Source: a virus (Duplodnaviria > Caudoviricetes). From it: 55,227 nucleotides of DNA. This document shows, one piece after another, positions 27,492 to 36,648 of the stretch. Position 1 is the stretch's first letter. Each line of letters begins with the position of its first letter. Location: positions 1 through 55,227 of IMG/VR virus record IMGVR_UViG_3300032282_000541; one strand, written 5' to 3'. A model generated the notes under the pieces. It had not been told where the DNA came from and did not search any database. It saw only the letters and a program-made list of their open reading frames with translations. Both the position numbers and the translations under genes were made by a program.

Positions 27492-27521
27492 TCATGTCTC
27501 CATTAAATACCCAACATCGGG

Positions 27522-27722
27522 TCAGTCAAACAAATCAGGGCGCAGTTCTTTTGCTGTCACGAGACCTTGTGTGGCCTTCTCAATTTTTCTTGCCAAAACA
27601 AACGATGGACGGCGTGCTTTTCGGATCAGTAGTCCCAGCCATGTCTGGGTGATTCCGAGGTGATCAGCCATCTCTTTTTTTGATCCGTATGGTTCATCCT
27701 TGAAATACTGCTTCAGGTTCAT
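27522..27722 (-). CDS. Cro/YdaS-like HTH regulator
   Basis: MADHLGITQTW HTH and C-terminal IEKATQGLVTAKELRPD; AAGGAG RBS. Confidence 0.82.
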   Translation of the reverse strand: MNLKQYFKDEPYGSKKEMADHLGITQTWLGLLIRKARRPSFVLARKIEKATQGLVTAKELRPDLFD

Positions 27723-27739
27723 ACAACTCCTTTCTGTGA

Positions 27740-27776
27740 AATAGTCTAACACAATATTAGATTGTGTGTTATAGTC
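27740..27776. promoter_or_regulatory. Divergent promoter pair with operator-like repeat
   Basis: tctaacacaatattaga at 27745-27761; TG-T-TAGACT on the minus strand and TG-T-TATAGT on the plus strand at the strand switch. Confidence 0.7.
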
Positions 27777-27834
27777 TTCCCACGGTCGCGTTGACCGGGC
27801 TGATGTCCTACGGGACGATTTACAAAGGAAGATT

Positions 27835-28482
27835 ATGAGCTTTATCGTGGAAGACAAAGGCGGCGACTTTGAGCGTTGCCCACAAGGAATGCACCTTGCA
27901 CGGTGCTACCGAATCATTGATCTGGGCACCCAGAAGTCTGAGTACATGGGTCAGGTCAAGTATTTGCACAAGGTCATGTTGGGCTGGGAAATCCACGGCA
28001 TGAACGACGATGGTACTGCCATCAAGATGAAGGATGGTCGACCATTTGCCATCTTCAAAAACTACACCTTGTCATGGTCTGAAAAAGCCAACTTGCGTCT
28101 TGACCTCCAGTCATGGCGTGGCAAAGCTTTCACGCAGGAGGAGATGCGGAAGTTTGACCTGAAGAACGTGCTTGGTGCCTTCTGCATGTTGAACGTAATT
28201 GAACGCCCCGGACAAGACGGCAAGACGTACACCAACGTCAATGGCGTGACTCCAGTGCCTGCAATGATCAAGCAAAACGGTCTGCCTGCTCCAGTCAACA
28301 CCAACGAGATGTTCAACCTTCAAGAGCCTGACTGGGTCATGTTTGAGAACTTCAGCGACAACCTCAAGAAGAAGATCATCTCTTCACCTGAGTTTGAAAA
28401 GGCGAAGGGTGGTGCACAGCCAGCAAAGCAAGCGCCTGCGGCCAGCATGGCTGATGATGATCTTGACGATATTCCTTTCTGA
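27835..28482 (+). CDS. Putative single-stranded DNA-binding protein
   Basis: GMHLARCYRIIDLGTQ N-terminus; acidic DDDLDDIPF tail. Confidence 0.75.
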   Translation: MSFIVEDKGGDFERCPQGMHLARCYRIIDLGTQKSEYMGQVKYLHKVMLGWEIHGMNDDGTAIKMKDGRPFAIFKNYTLSWSEKANLRLDLQSWRGKAFTQEEMRKFDLKNVLGAFCMLNVIERPGQDGKTYTNVNGVTPVPAMIKQNGLPAPVNTNEMFNLQEPDWVMFENFSDNLKKKIISSPEFEKAKGGAQPAKQAPAASMADDDLDDIPF

Positions 28483-28494
28483 TCGGAGGCCAAC

Positions 28495-28674
28495 ATGTCT
28501 AATTTTTTTGATTGGCTAAATGATTACGTCCCTTTGGTAATTGTGATCATTATTTGGCTGATTATTCTTCCCGTTCGGCTATCGATATTGATGCTGTTGC
28601 CTTCATCGGCTTGGCGTGGTTCGCACTTCTTCAACCCTGTGTATGAGTTTTTTGCATTCGAGGAGAGATTATGA
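28495..28674 (+). CDS. 59-aa membrane protein (not in ORF track)
   Basis: GGAGG RBS; VPLVIVIIIWLIILPV hydrophobic helix; 4-nt overlap with the next gene. Confidence 0.55.
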   Translation: MSNFFDWLNDYVPLVIVIIIWLIILPVRLSILMLLPSSAWRGSHFFNPVYEFFAFEERL

Positions 28675-28958
28675 AATTGATTGCACTATTCCTTGTTGTT
28701 TTGGTCGGTTGCTCGTCTACCCCGCCTGCTCCCTCCAAGCCAGCGCCTGTTGTCATTCATGAGCAAACGTATCCCAATCAGAAATTGGTTGTGGATTCAG
28801 AGGTGTCTGAGATGAGTCGTCAAGACATCATCAGCGCCATTCATGAGTGCCAAGAAAACGACTTGCGACCTATCCCGGTTAAATCAAAGAAAAGAGTTGA
28901 AGGACGCATCACCGATGCCATCATCAACGTGATCTGCGGCCCTCAGAAAGCAAAATAA
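28671..28958 (+). CDS. Lipoprotein
   Basis: MKLIALFLVVLVG-C lipobox. Confidence 0.72.
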   Translation: MKLIALFLVVLVGCSSTPPAPSKPAPVVIHEQTYPNQKLVVDSEVSEMSRQDIISAIHECQENDLRPIPVKSKKRVEGRITDAIINVICGPQKAK

Positions 28959-28967
28959 GGAGAACAA

Positions 28968-29246
28968 ATGAGCACCATATCAACATCAAAACTCAGCGAA
29001 ATAGTTGGCTTGCATATTCCAATTGTTTTTTTGAAAGACCTTGGTCTCAAGCCTGCTTATGAAACAAAAAGCGGTGCCATGTGGAATGAGAGCGACGTGG
29101 ACTCCATCTTTTTGGAGTTGGGGCTTCATTTCCTAAACAAGTCCAAATTAAATTTGGAAGCTCCGTATGGATACAAAAAGAACGGCGAACCATCAAAAAA
29201 ACGTGGCAGGCCATCAACCCCTATATTTCAAAAGGAACACGCATGA
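28968..29246 (+). CDS. Hypothetical DNA-binding protein
   Basis: APYGYKKNG.P.KKRGRP (AT-hook-like). Confidence 0.55.
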   Translation: MSTISTSKLSEIVGLHIPIVFLKDLGLKPAYETKSGAMWNESDVDSIFLELGLHFLNKSKLNLEAPYGYKKNGEPSKKRGRPSTPIFQKEHA

Positions 29247-30031
29247 GCACCATCATTGCCCGGTCGGCTGAATCAGTCCACTGGTACAAACAAGACGGAG
29301 GCCCACAGTACACCGTGAAGGCCAAAGACGGCTCAGACCGCCCCACGACCCTCAGGGACGCACGCAAGATGGACTTGGTGCCTTCGGTCACCACCGTCAT
29401 GAAAGTTGCCGCAAAGCCCGGCTTGGAGCAGTGGAAGCTGGAGCAAATGCTTTTGGCCTCCATGACCCTCACCCAGTTGCCCGGCGAAACAGAGCAAGCC
29501 TTCATTGCACGAATCGTTGCCGACTCTAAGGAGACGGGGAAGCAGGCCGCAGAAAAGGGCACGCGCATCCACGAGTCCATCGAATCATGGTTTGAAGGCA
29601 AGAAGGACGTTGTCCACAAGGACATCGCCATGGCGTTTGAAGAGTCCATCTTCACCCACTTTGGCACCCACCCGTTCCAGCCATGGCTGACAGAGCGGTC
29701 GTTCTCCAGCCCTCGGGGGTTTGGCGGCAAGGTGGACTTGTACTGTGAGCCTGATCAGCATGCACCCATGGGGATCGTGTTGGATGCCAAGTCAAAGGAC
29801 TTTGGCCCCGACGACAAGGTTGATGCCTATGACGAGCACCTGATGCAGTTGGCGGCATACCGCTATGGCCTCGGTGTGCCTTATGCACGCTGTGCAAACG
29901 TGTTTGTGTCTCGTAGTCACCCCGGCCTTGTGAAGGTCGTGGAATGGCCTGAGGCCGAACTGGTGAAGGGCTGGGAAATGTTCCAAGCATTGCTTCGCTT
30001 TTGGAAACTGAAAAATAACTTTGGAGTTTGA
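29243..30031 (+). CDS. PD-(D/E)xK exonuclease (Cas4-like/recombination)
   Basis: PSVTT, GTRIH, GKVD, LDAK, QLAAY. Confidence 0.85.
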   Translation: MSTIIARSAESVHWYKQDGGPQYTVKAKDGSDRPTTLRDARKMDLVPSVTTVMKVAAKPGLEQWKLEQMLLASMTLTQLPGETEQAFIARIVADSKETGKQAAEKGTRIHESIESWFEGKKDVVHKDIAMAFEESIFTHFGTHPFQPWLTERSFSSPRGFGGKVDLYCEPDQHAPMGIVLDAKSKDFGPDDKVDAYDEHLMQLAAYRYGLGVPYARCANVFVSRSHPGLVKVVEWPEAELVKGWEMFQALLRFWKLKNNFGV

Positions 30032-30032
30032 G

Positions 30033-30245
30033 ATGGCAGAACGTATTTATGTAGTCGGTGGCCCCACAGGTATCCACCTCATCAGTTCATCCACCAAGCA
30101 AGGCGCAATTGCTTATGTGGCTCACAACGTCTACAAGGCCACTGTAGCCACCCAGAATGATCTGGTTGAACTGTTGGGCAAGGGTGTGAAAGTCGAGCAC
30201 GCTAGAGCGCAAAACATGGACTTGGACTTTGGGGAAAACAAGTGA
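30033..30245 (+). CDS. Hypothetical protein
   Basis: MAERIYVV...VATQNDLV; GGAG RBS. Confidence 0.6.
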   Translation: MAERIYVVGGPTGIHLISSSTKQGAIAYVAHNVYKATVATQNDLVELLGKGVKVEHARAQNMDLDFGENK

Positions 30246-30484
30246 GCCTCAAGAAAGACGACGTGATCCAAGCCTTCTTTGCCGCTGGCCTTGAGGGTGA
30301 CTACAACTTCCTTGAAGACGATCTCATGAAGCTTGCAACGGCCTTTGCGGCCTTGCGAAACGAAGAGATCAACGAGAGGGTGTTCCGTACAGCCAAGTTT
30401 GAACGCTCACGCTGTGTAGAGTTCGTGCGAAGCCTCAACCCAGAGGTTGCACGAGCCCTTGAAGACAAGAAGTGGTCTCTGTAA
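30242..30484 (+). CDS. Hypothetical protein
   Basis: 80 aa; 4-nt overlap; ends at a terminator. Confidence 0.6.
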   Translation: MSLKKDDVIQAFFAAGLEGDYNFLEDDLMKLATAFAALRNEEINERVFRTAKFERSRCVEFVRSLNPEVARALEDKKWSL

Positions 30485-30509
30485 AAAAGCCCCCTCATCG
30501 GGGGGCTTC
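30483..30509. terminator. Terminator hairpin at the convergence of early and late operons
   Basis: AAAAAAGCCCCC-tcatc-GGGGGCTT. Confidence 0.7.
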
Positions 30510-30571
30510 AGAGGGGGCGTAAAAGGGGCAACTGCAATGCCCTCATATTGGCGAGACAACCAACATGATCT

Positions 30572-31825
30572 TTAAGGTCTTCCCTGTCCTGCTACTGTGC
30601 GTAAACCCTCAGCCGTTTGCTCAGGATGCTCAAACATTTCAGAGCCAGTAAACATATTGGGATCAGCAACATCGGGTAGGGTCATTCCCTTGTAAAGTTC
30701 ATCCCGATGTTTGTATGCCCAAGGCAATGTAGCCAATGCGCCAGCAGTGCCTGTCTTGCGACCTCCAAAAGTTTGAGCAAGGCTTCCAGCCAGACGAGAC
30801 CAATCTTGCCAATCAATTGGCTCTTTGTTTTTCCACTTTTGGTAAATGTCATATCCGCTCAAACCGGATTGAGCGCCACCAATTGTGCCCATAGCGGCTT
30901 TGCCTAAGCCCGAGCGATAACCTCTTGATTTTGAAAGGTCAGACTCCCTATTGATGGTTTGCTGAGACAAGCCAGCCTTGTTCAATTCGGATTGACGTTG
31001 AAGCTCCAAATTCTGGCGCTGTTGTTCAGTCTGAGCTTTGGCCTGCTGTTGAGCAATCTCTGTTGCAACATTTGTTGGTACTTGGATGCCACTCTTTAGC
31101 GGAACAACTTGTCCGGCTTGAACAATTGGATCAGGTGCATAAGGATTGATTTTGGAAACAGTGCGTTCTGTCTCGGCTTGATGACGTGCTCGACGTTGTT
31201 GCTCTGCGTTGTACCCATAGCCACGCTGTGCGCCTGTGGTGCCCATGGTTGGGCCTTCGCCACCTTGCAAGATGCGTTGCACTTGATCAGGTGTGAAATC
31301 AGTTATTTTGGCGTTGGGGTCTTGCGTTAGATTTCTGAGTTGCTCTTCAATCTTGTTGACAAGTGAATGCCTCTCTTTTATGTCGCCAACGGCCTCATTC
31401 ATTATGCGAATATTTTCTTCACTTGGCTTTGGAGAAAAAATATTGGTGCCTTGAGGGCTGGGTTTGAGGCCAGACTCAAAATCTCGACCAGTAAGGCGAG
31501 CCAAGACACCTGCCGTCGCACCACTTGCGGCGGCTATTTGTTTGTTGGAAAGAGTTTGAGCTTCTTCTTTTTTCTTCTCTTCTTCTTTTTGTTGTCTCTG
31601 AGCTTTTTCTAAAGCTTCTAGCACTTGATCGGCAATACTTTTTGGCGCACCACCTTCTTCGGCTGGTGGCTTGTTTTCAGCATTGGGTTCAGCAGAAGGG
31701 AGAGGCGCAGGTGGTTTTGCATGCCCACGTCTTACCTCAGGGGCATGCTTTTCGTCTTCGCTTTCAATCCCCTCTTCTTTCAGCCGGGCCTTGATTGCCG
31801 CTTTGATTTCTTCTTCTTCTGTCAT
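30572..31825 (-). CDS. Putative internal virion/ejection protein
   Basis: Last late gene; helical, Gly/Ala-rich amphipathic segments. Confidence 0.5.
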   Translation of the reverse strand: MTEEEEIKAAIKARLKEEGIESEDEKHAPEVRRGHAKPPAPLPSAEPNAENKPPAEEGGAPKSIADQVLEALEKAQRQQKEEEKKKEEAQTLSNKQIAAASGATAGVLARLTGRDFESGLKPSPQGTNIFSPKPSEENIRIMNEAVGDIKERHSLVNKIEEQLRNLTQDPNAKITDFTPDQVQRILQGGEGPTMGTTGAQRGYGYNAEQQRRARHQAETERTVSKINPYAPDPIVQAGQVVPLKSGIQVPTNVATEIAQQQAKAQTEQQRQNLELQRQSELNKAGLSQQTINRESDLSKSRGYRSGLGKAAMGTIGGAQSGLSGYDIYQKWKNKEPIDWQDWSRLAGSLAQTFGGRKTGTAGALATLPWAYKHRDELYKGMTLPDVADPNMFTGSEMFEHPEQTAEGLRTVAGQGRP

Positions 31826-33348
31826 GGTCTTTGACCTTTCAGGCTCTTGTGATATTTTGCGTTCTTGTCTTTTAGGATTCCCTCGTAGACACCGTTTTCA
31901 ATCTTGAGGTCTTTGCTTTGTCTGTAAATATCGTAATGAGGCGACAAGCTACCAGAGTCAATCACGGTAGGTAATGCATCAGAGATGATGTCGTGAATTC
32001 GTTTGGCGTGCTTCAACTGCTCAATGTTCAAGTCAACCTGATGAGCAATTGCTTTTGGATTCTTGTCGATGTGCATCTCTTGAAGCAAAAGCTGTTGAAA
32101 CTTGCCTTCGCCAGCCTTGGATGGATCAATGCCTCTAGCCAGCAATCCATAGTAAGCACTGGTTGCAAGGTTGTTGATCAGAGTGTCACGATAAGCTTGT
32201 TCATCTGCGCTGAGATTTGCGTCCAAGCCAGCAGTCACTGGAATGCCAATGTTCACGCCATAGCCGTTCCAGTTCACAGATAAGCCTTTTTCGAGCATTG
32301 CGGCAAGACCTCCCTGCTGGCGAATCAAATTTGTAACTTTCAGGAAGGTGGTTGGGTCGCTTCTGATTGCCTCTTGAACGGAGTTATTTGAAGATGTTGC
32401 AATTGCAAAATTCTGAGGATCGTTGACCAGTTGAAGCGCCTTGAACTGACGCTCTGGCTCTGCATTGGTTGATGCCGCAGTATCCAATACAGACTTGTTC
32501 CTTGCCTTCTCAATTTCAGTTACTGCCTGAGGATGAGGCAACACAAACGACGGCTTGTACTTAAACGCCGTTGTGCTTTCAGCAGGTTTTGTTGCTGTGT
32601 CGCTTGTGATTGGCGGTACGTTGGACGAAGAGGTTCCGGGTGCCGCATTAGGTGTCGCACCGGGTGCGCCGGGCAATCTGTCTGCCGCAGTGCCTGATGT
32701 ATCGCCGGGATAAACAGGTGGTCTTTCAGACTGTCGAGCGGCAATTGCGGCCATTCCGGCTTTGTACTGCTCCTCCGTGATCATTCCAGACCTACGCTGA
32801 CTTTCAAGCAAAACCATGTCTTGCTGTTGTTGTTGAACCAGCAATTGATTTTGAGCCGTTCTATTGGACATCAAAGTGTTCTGCTGTGTGCGTGCTTCTT
32901 TAACAGACTGTGCAACTTCAGAGTTGGGATCAAGCGAAATGATGCGAGTCGCAGTGGACTCATCCATTGGCTTGCCAGTTTTTTTCCAGTCTTGAAAGAG
33001 AGTGTTTTGGATTTTTCTTTGACCAAGCAAAATATTTGACTGCTCAATCTGAGCCTTCATTTGAGCAATGGGTAGTTGTTGAGCACGCTTTTGCTCAGTC
33101 TGCTCACCCAAAGCCTCAGCCGCACTACCAGCAGACGCAAGGAAGCCACCTAATTGAGGCTTGGCAAACCCTGCGGCCACTTTGAACCAATTTGGCTCTT
33201 GGTAGCGTTTTTCGAGTGCCTGAACACCCTCTTGCAGAATGCCTTGATACTTTTCTAATTTATCCTCGGGCAGTTCTGCTGGGTTGATCTTTCCAAGGCC
33301 ACCAGTAAAACTGTAGTCCTGTGGTTTTTGTTGGGTAGTTTCTGCCAT
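31822..33348 (-). CDS. Putative internal virion/ejection protein
   Basis: WFKVAAGFAKP..GGF Gly/Ala segment, Q-rich coiled coils, position in the operon. Confidence 0.6.
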   Translation of the reverse strand: MAETTQQKPQDYSFTGGLGKINPAELPEDKLEKYQGILQEGVQALEKRYQEPNWFKVAAGFAKPQLGGFLASAGSAAEALGEQTEQKRAQQLPIAQMKAQIEQSNILLGQRKIQNTLFQDWKKTGKPMDESTATRIISLDPNSEVAQSVKEARTQQNTLMSNRTAQNQLLVQQQQQDMVLLESQRRSGMITEEQYKAGMAAIAARQSERPPVYPGDTSGTAADRLPGAPGATPNAAPGTSSSNVPPITSDTATKPAESTTAFKYKPSFVLPHPQAVTEIEKARNKSVLDTAASTNAEPERQFKALQLVNDPQNFAIATSSNNSVQEAIRSDPTTFLKVTNLIRQQGGLAAMLEKGLSVNWNGYGVNIGIPVTAGLDANLSADEQAYRDTLINNLATSAYYGLLARGIDPSKAGEGKFQQLLLQEMHIDKNPKAIAHQVDLNIEQLKHAKRIHDIISDALPTVIDSGSLSPHYDIYRQSKDLKIENGVYEGILKDKNAKYHKSLKGQRP

Positions 33349-33351
33349 GGT

Positions 33352-34698
33352 TTAACCTTTCTTTTGTGGCAAAGCACCACGGTAGGTGGTTGAAGCACAG
33401 CCTGTGTAGCCACGAGCCTTTGATTTAATCAGGCCACCGCGAGCGGCAAATGCGCTACCGCCATAGCAACAGCAATAATCAAAATATCCCGGATCAACAG
33501 TTGAGTCATCAAAAGTTGAATCACCAAAACTTGAGTCGTCAGTTGGGTCTTGCATCCAACTTCCAGTGTTGTCGTTTATACCTGAGTCGTCAGTTGGGTC
33601 TTGCATCCAACCTCCAGTGTTGTCGTTTATTAACGAGCCGGGGTCTGCGCCTGCGCCTCCACCAAATATATTTCCAATCTTTGAAAAACCTTTATCCACC
33701 ACGTCCCTGAATCCGGGAATGCACTTGTACAGACCCATTGCCCCGGTTCCTGCGGCGGCAAGGCTTGATAGTGGTGACATGCACAGCGTGGTCTTGGTGC
33801 CCACTGGGATGCTGTAACCCTGCAACAGACTACCCAATGAAGCCAGCTTGGTCAATGGGTAGTTTTCTTCGTTCTGACCAATGGTCTGCTGTTGACCACC
33901 AAGGGTGGACAGAGCATTGATACAAGCCAAGTTCAGGCCAGCGCCAGTCTGCGCCAAGTTACCTATGTTTGTGCCTGCTGTATTCAGCAACTGGCCTTGG
34001 TTTGCCGCCGCTTGTGCCGCAGTAGAACCAGCAGTCAGGTTGGCTTGGTTTTGTGCTTGTTGGGCGGTGGATGTGGTGTTTGCAAGGTTGCCCAAAGCAC
34101 CTTGCTTGGCCGTAGCCGCTTGGAGCGCCTGAGCATACCCTTGGTTCTCCATGTTGGCGATCTGGGCGTTCAGGTCTTGCTGTGCCTGTGCATTGACTTG
34201 ACCCAGCACTTGGGCACCACGCTGTGAACCAAACTGTCCAGAGCCCACTGCCGCCGCTGTGGCCGCAGGAGATAAGTTATTGCGGATGTTGCGCTGGGCA
34301 ACGTCCGACATACCCTGCACAGCCGTCTGGATGTACGGGCTCATGTACTGAGATGCCAAGCATGAAAGGTTCAGGTTGGCGGTCTGGCAGATAAGGGGTC
34401 TGGCCGCGCACAAGGGGCTGGCATTGGTGCCTGCTTGCAAGTAGGGTGCGGCGGCACCAGTCACGTCCTGACCTGCCGCTTGGCCTATGTAGTTCTTACC
34501 CGTGGCAATGCTGGGTTGTTGCGCTCCAAAGTTCTGACAGACAGCCTCAAAAGCCTTTGTCTGTAAAGGCTGGGCACCTACGTAACACGCTTGCCCGGCG
34601 GCGGCTTGGCCTTGAGTGGCAAGGTTACTAAGGTAATTCGTGTAGTAACTGGGAGCCGTCGTTTCCTTGTTTTGTGACGATTGAAGTAAATTTGCCAT
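33352..34698 (-). CDS. Putative ejection (DNA pilot-like) protein, Cys-rich
   Basis: YMSPY...GQFGSQRG motif; Gln/Ala/Gly-rich; 12 Cys. Confidence 0.65.
   Translation of the reverse strand: MANLLQSSQNKETTAPSYYTNYLSNLATQGQAAAGQACYVGAQPLQTKAFEAVCQNFGAQQPSIATGKNYIGQAAGQDVTGAAAPYLQAGTNASPLCAARPLICQTANLNLSCLASQYMSPYIQTAVQGMSDVAQRNIRNNLSPAATAAAVGSGQFGSQRGAQVLGQVNAQAQQDLNAQIANMENQGYAQALQAATAKQGALGNLANTTSTAQQAQNQANLTAGSTAAQAAANQGQLLNTAGTNIGNLAQTGAGLNLACINALSTLGGQQQTIGQNEENYPLTKLASLGSLLQGYSIPVGTKTTLCMSPLSSLAAAGTGAMGLYKCIPGFRDVVDKGFSKIGNIFGGGAGADPGSLINDNTGGWMQDPTDDSGINDNTGSWMQDPTDDSSFGDSTFDDSTVDPGYFDYCCCYGGSAFAARGGLIKSKARGYTGCASTTYRGALPQKKG
33532..33630. repeat. 51-nt tandem duplication encoding INDNTG(G/S)WMQDPTDDS twice
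   Basis: Near-identical units starting at 33532 and 33583. Confidence 0.92.
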
Positions 34699-34700
34699 TT

Positions 34701-36647
34701 TTAACCTTTCGCTCCATTGATGTAGTCAAGTGGAGATTTTGCCTTTGGGGGAATTTTACTTGTGGGTGCTGATCTTTTGTGTGCCCTGAGTTTCTCACGA
34801 AGGCCGTCCAAAATCTTTGCACCCGCCTTGTTGTCACCGCCACCCAGAGCGGTCACAAATCCTTCTGGGAACACATACTCGCCATCTGCAATCTTTGCAG
34901 GTACAGGCTTGCCGCCACCAGTCTCTTTGTGAGGTACTTGGCTACGGAAGCTCTCAAGGACATCTTTACCAGCCTTGCTGGAGCCGTCGCCCAGTGCCGC
35001 CACCACGTCAGCGTCCATCACGTAGTCGCCATCGTGAAGCATGGCCGGAATTTCGTCTGATTGACCTGTACCGCCACCGCAAGCATAGAAACCAGTCAAC
35101 CCGGTTACAAACTCTGTGTTGTGACCTTCAGGTGCGGCCTCTCTGTACTTACTCGGCAGACCACCTTTAGCCAAGCCACCCATATTGCCCATAGGTGAAA
35201 TGTGTTGACTCATGTGTGAAAGCGGCTTCAAGCCCATTGCGGCACGACGCTGGGATGCAGTCGATGTCAATAGGTTTGCGGCGCAATCAGCAAATTTAGG
35301 CATGTACTTAGGATCATTGTTCAGGCAGAAACAAGTTGTTGTTCCACCTGAAGCAAATCCACTTGGGCTTGCAAAGTTTCCAGAGATTTGACTTCCAGTT
35401 TCATCAATATCCAGAGGCTTCAAAACGTCAGCAGAGTAATTTTTGCCGTACAGGGCCGCTTCTCTTTTTTTCTTTTCTAGCTCTTCTTCTGTCAAAGTAG
35501 TTTTGGTCAAGGCGTTTGGATCAAGCTTGTTCACCAGCATTTCTGCATCTGTGTTCAACCATGGGCTCATCACACTTGACAGGGATGAGTAGTCACCAGC
35601 GCCGCTTGATCCTTTTGATCCCGTTGACTTGCCTGTGCCTTTTTTCAGGAATGCGCTGGCATTGATGTTGGGCACATCGATGTTGTAGGCGCAAGAAGGC
35701 GTTGGAATGACCGCTTCACCAGTCACGTTGGGATTGTTGATGAATGATCCGGGATCACCCAGTGCAGGCTTGGCACTTTGATCAATGAACCCTGCGCCAC
35801 TGACAGTGCCCAAGGCACCTGTAGAGTAATCAGGATTGTTGATGAATGAATTGGGGTCGCCCAAAGGAGCGGAAGCATCAATTGAAAGCCCGGAAGCACC
35901 ACCCATGTTGCTCATTCCCGGCGCTTGCCCCATGATGCTATCCATGGTCAAGGTGTTGTAAGCACCAGCAGGATTCAATCCTTGCTCACTTGTGGGAATG
36001 TTGCTCTTATCACCAGTCAATGAGTAATCGGTTGGCTTTACATCCCAACTTGATTTGTCAAGAGGTTCATAGTCATCAGTACCCTCTGGAGAGTCATATG
36101 AGATATTTAAATCATCTTCATTCATTGATGGCGTATTCAACTCTGTAGCCGTTGCATCAGTGAGTGCATTAAATCCAGTATTCAGGCCGCTCATCAAAGC
36201 GCCTTGTCTAATATCTCCACCACGTAATCCTGCGGCGGTTGCTCCTGCGGCGGCGCTTCCAAGGGTTGCTGAAAGACCAGCGTTGATACCTTGATCAGTA
36301 AGTGCCGAGGAAAAAGATGAGCCCACGCCAGAGCCAATTTGCTGAGTTACGTATGAAACGCCAGCATTCAGTAGCGCCTTGTCAAGGGATTGACCATGAG
36401 CCACGCCATCGACAACGTTAACCGCAGGCAAGAGGTATGGCGCATAGACGGCGGCGGCAACCTTGGCCGCTGTACCAATTGGGTCTTTTCCTGCCGCTGT
36501 GATTGTGTTGTCTACAACCTGAACAACTGGCTGAAGGATTTCTCTATCTACTGTTTTTAAAACATCATCAGCCGCCTCGAACACATCTCCAACGGCATCT
36601 CCAACACCTTCAAAAACATCTCCAGCAAATTCAACCACTGCTCCCAT
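34701..36647 (-). CDS. Putative ejection protein with duplicated C-terminal PAxxxDGxYV domain
   Basis: Amphipathic N-terminus starting MGA; GGGTGQSDEIPAMLHDGDYV and PAKIADGEYV repeats. Confidence 0.62.
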   Translation of the reverse strand: MGAVVEFAGDVFEGVGDAVGDVFEAADDVLKTVDREILQPVVQVVDNTITAAGKDPIGTAAKVAAAVYAPYLLPAVNVVDGVAHGQSLDKALLNAGVSYVTQQIGSGVGSSFSSALTDQGINAGLSATLGSAAAGATAAGLRGGDIRQGALMSGLNTGFNALTDATATELNTPSMNEDDLNISYDSPEGTDDYEPLDKSSWDVKPTDYSLTGDKSNIPTSEQGLNPAGAYNTLTMDSIMGQAPGMSNMGGASGLSIDASAPLGDPNSFINNPDYSTGALGTVSGAGFIDQSAKPALGDPGSFINNPNVTGEAVIPTPSCAYNIDVPNINASAFLKKGTGKSTGSKGSSGAGDYSSLSSVMSPWLNTDAEMLVNKLDPNALTKTTLTEEELEKKKREAALYGKNYSADVLKPLDIDETGSQISGNFASPSGFASGGTTTCFCLNNDPKYMPKFADCAANLLTSTASQRRAAMGLKPLSHMSQHISPMGNMGGLAKGGLPSKYREAAPEGHNTEFVTGLTGFYACGGGTGQSDEIPAMLHDGDYVMDADVVAALGDGSSKAGKDVLESFRSQVPHKETGGGKPVPAKIADGEYVFPEGFVTALGGGDNKAGAKILDGLREKLRAHKRSAPTSKIPPKAKSPLDYINGAKG

Positions 36648-36648
36648 A

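Noticed and set aside
29243-30031. Cas4 as part of a CRISPR system
   Set aside because: Stand-alone PD-(D/E)xK nuclease near the SSB gene; no array or other cas genes.
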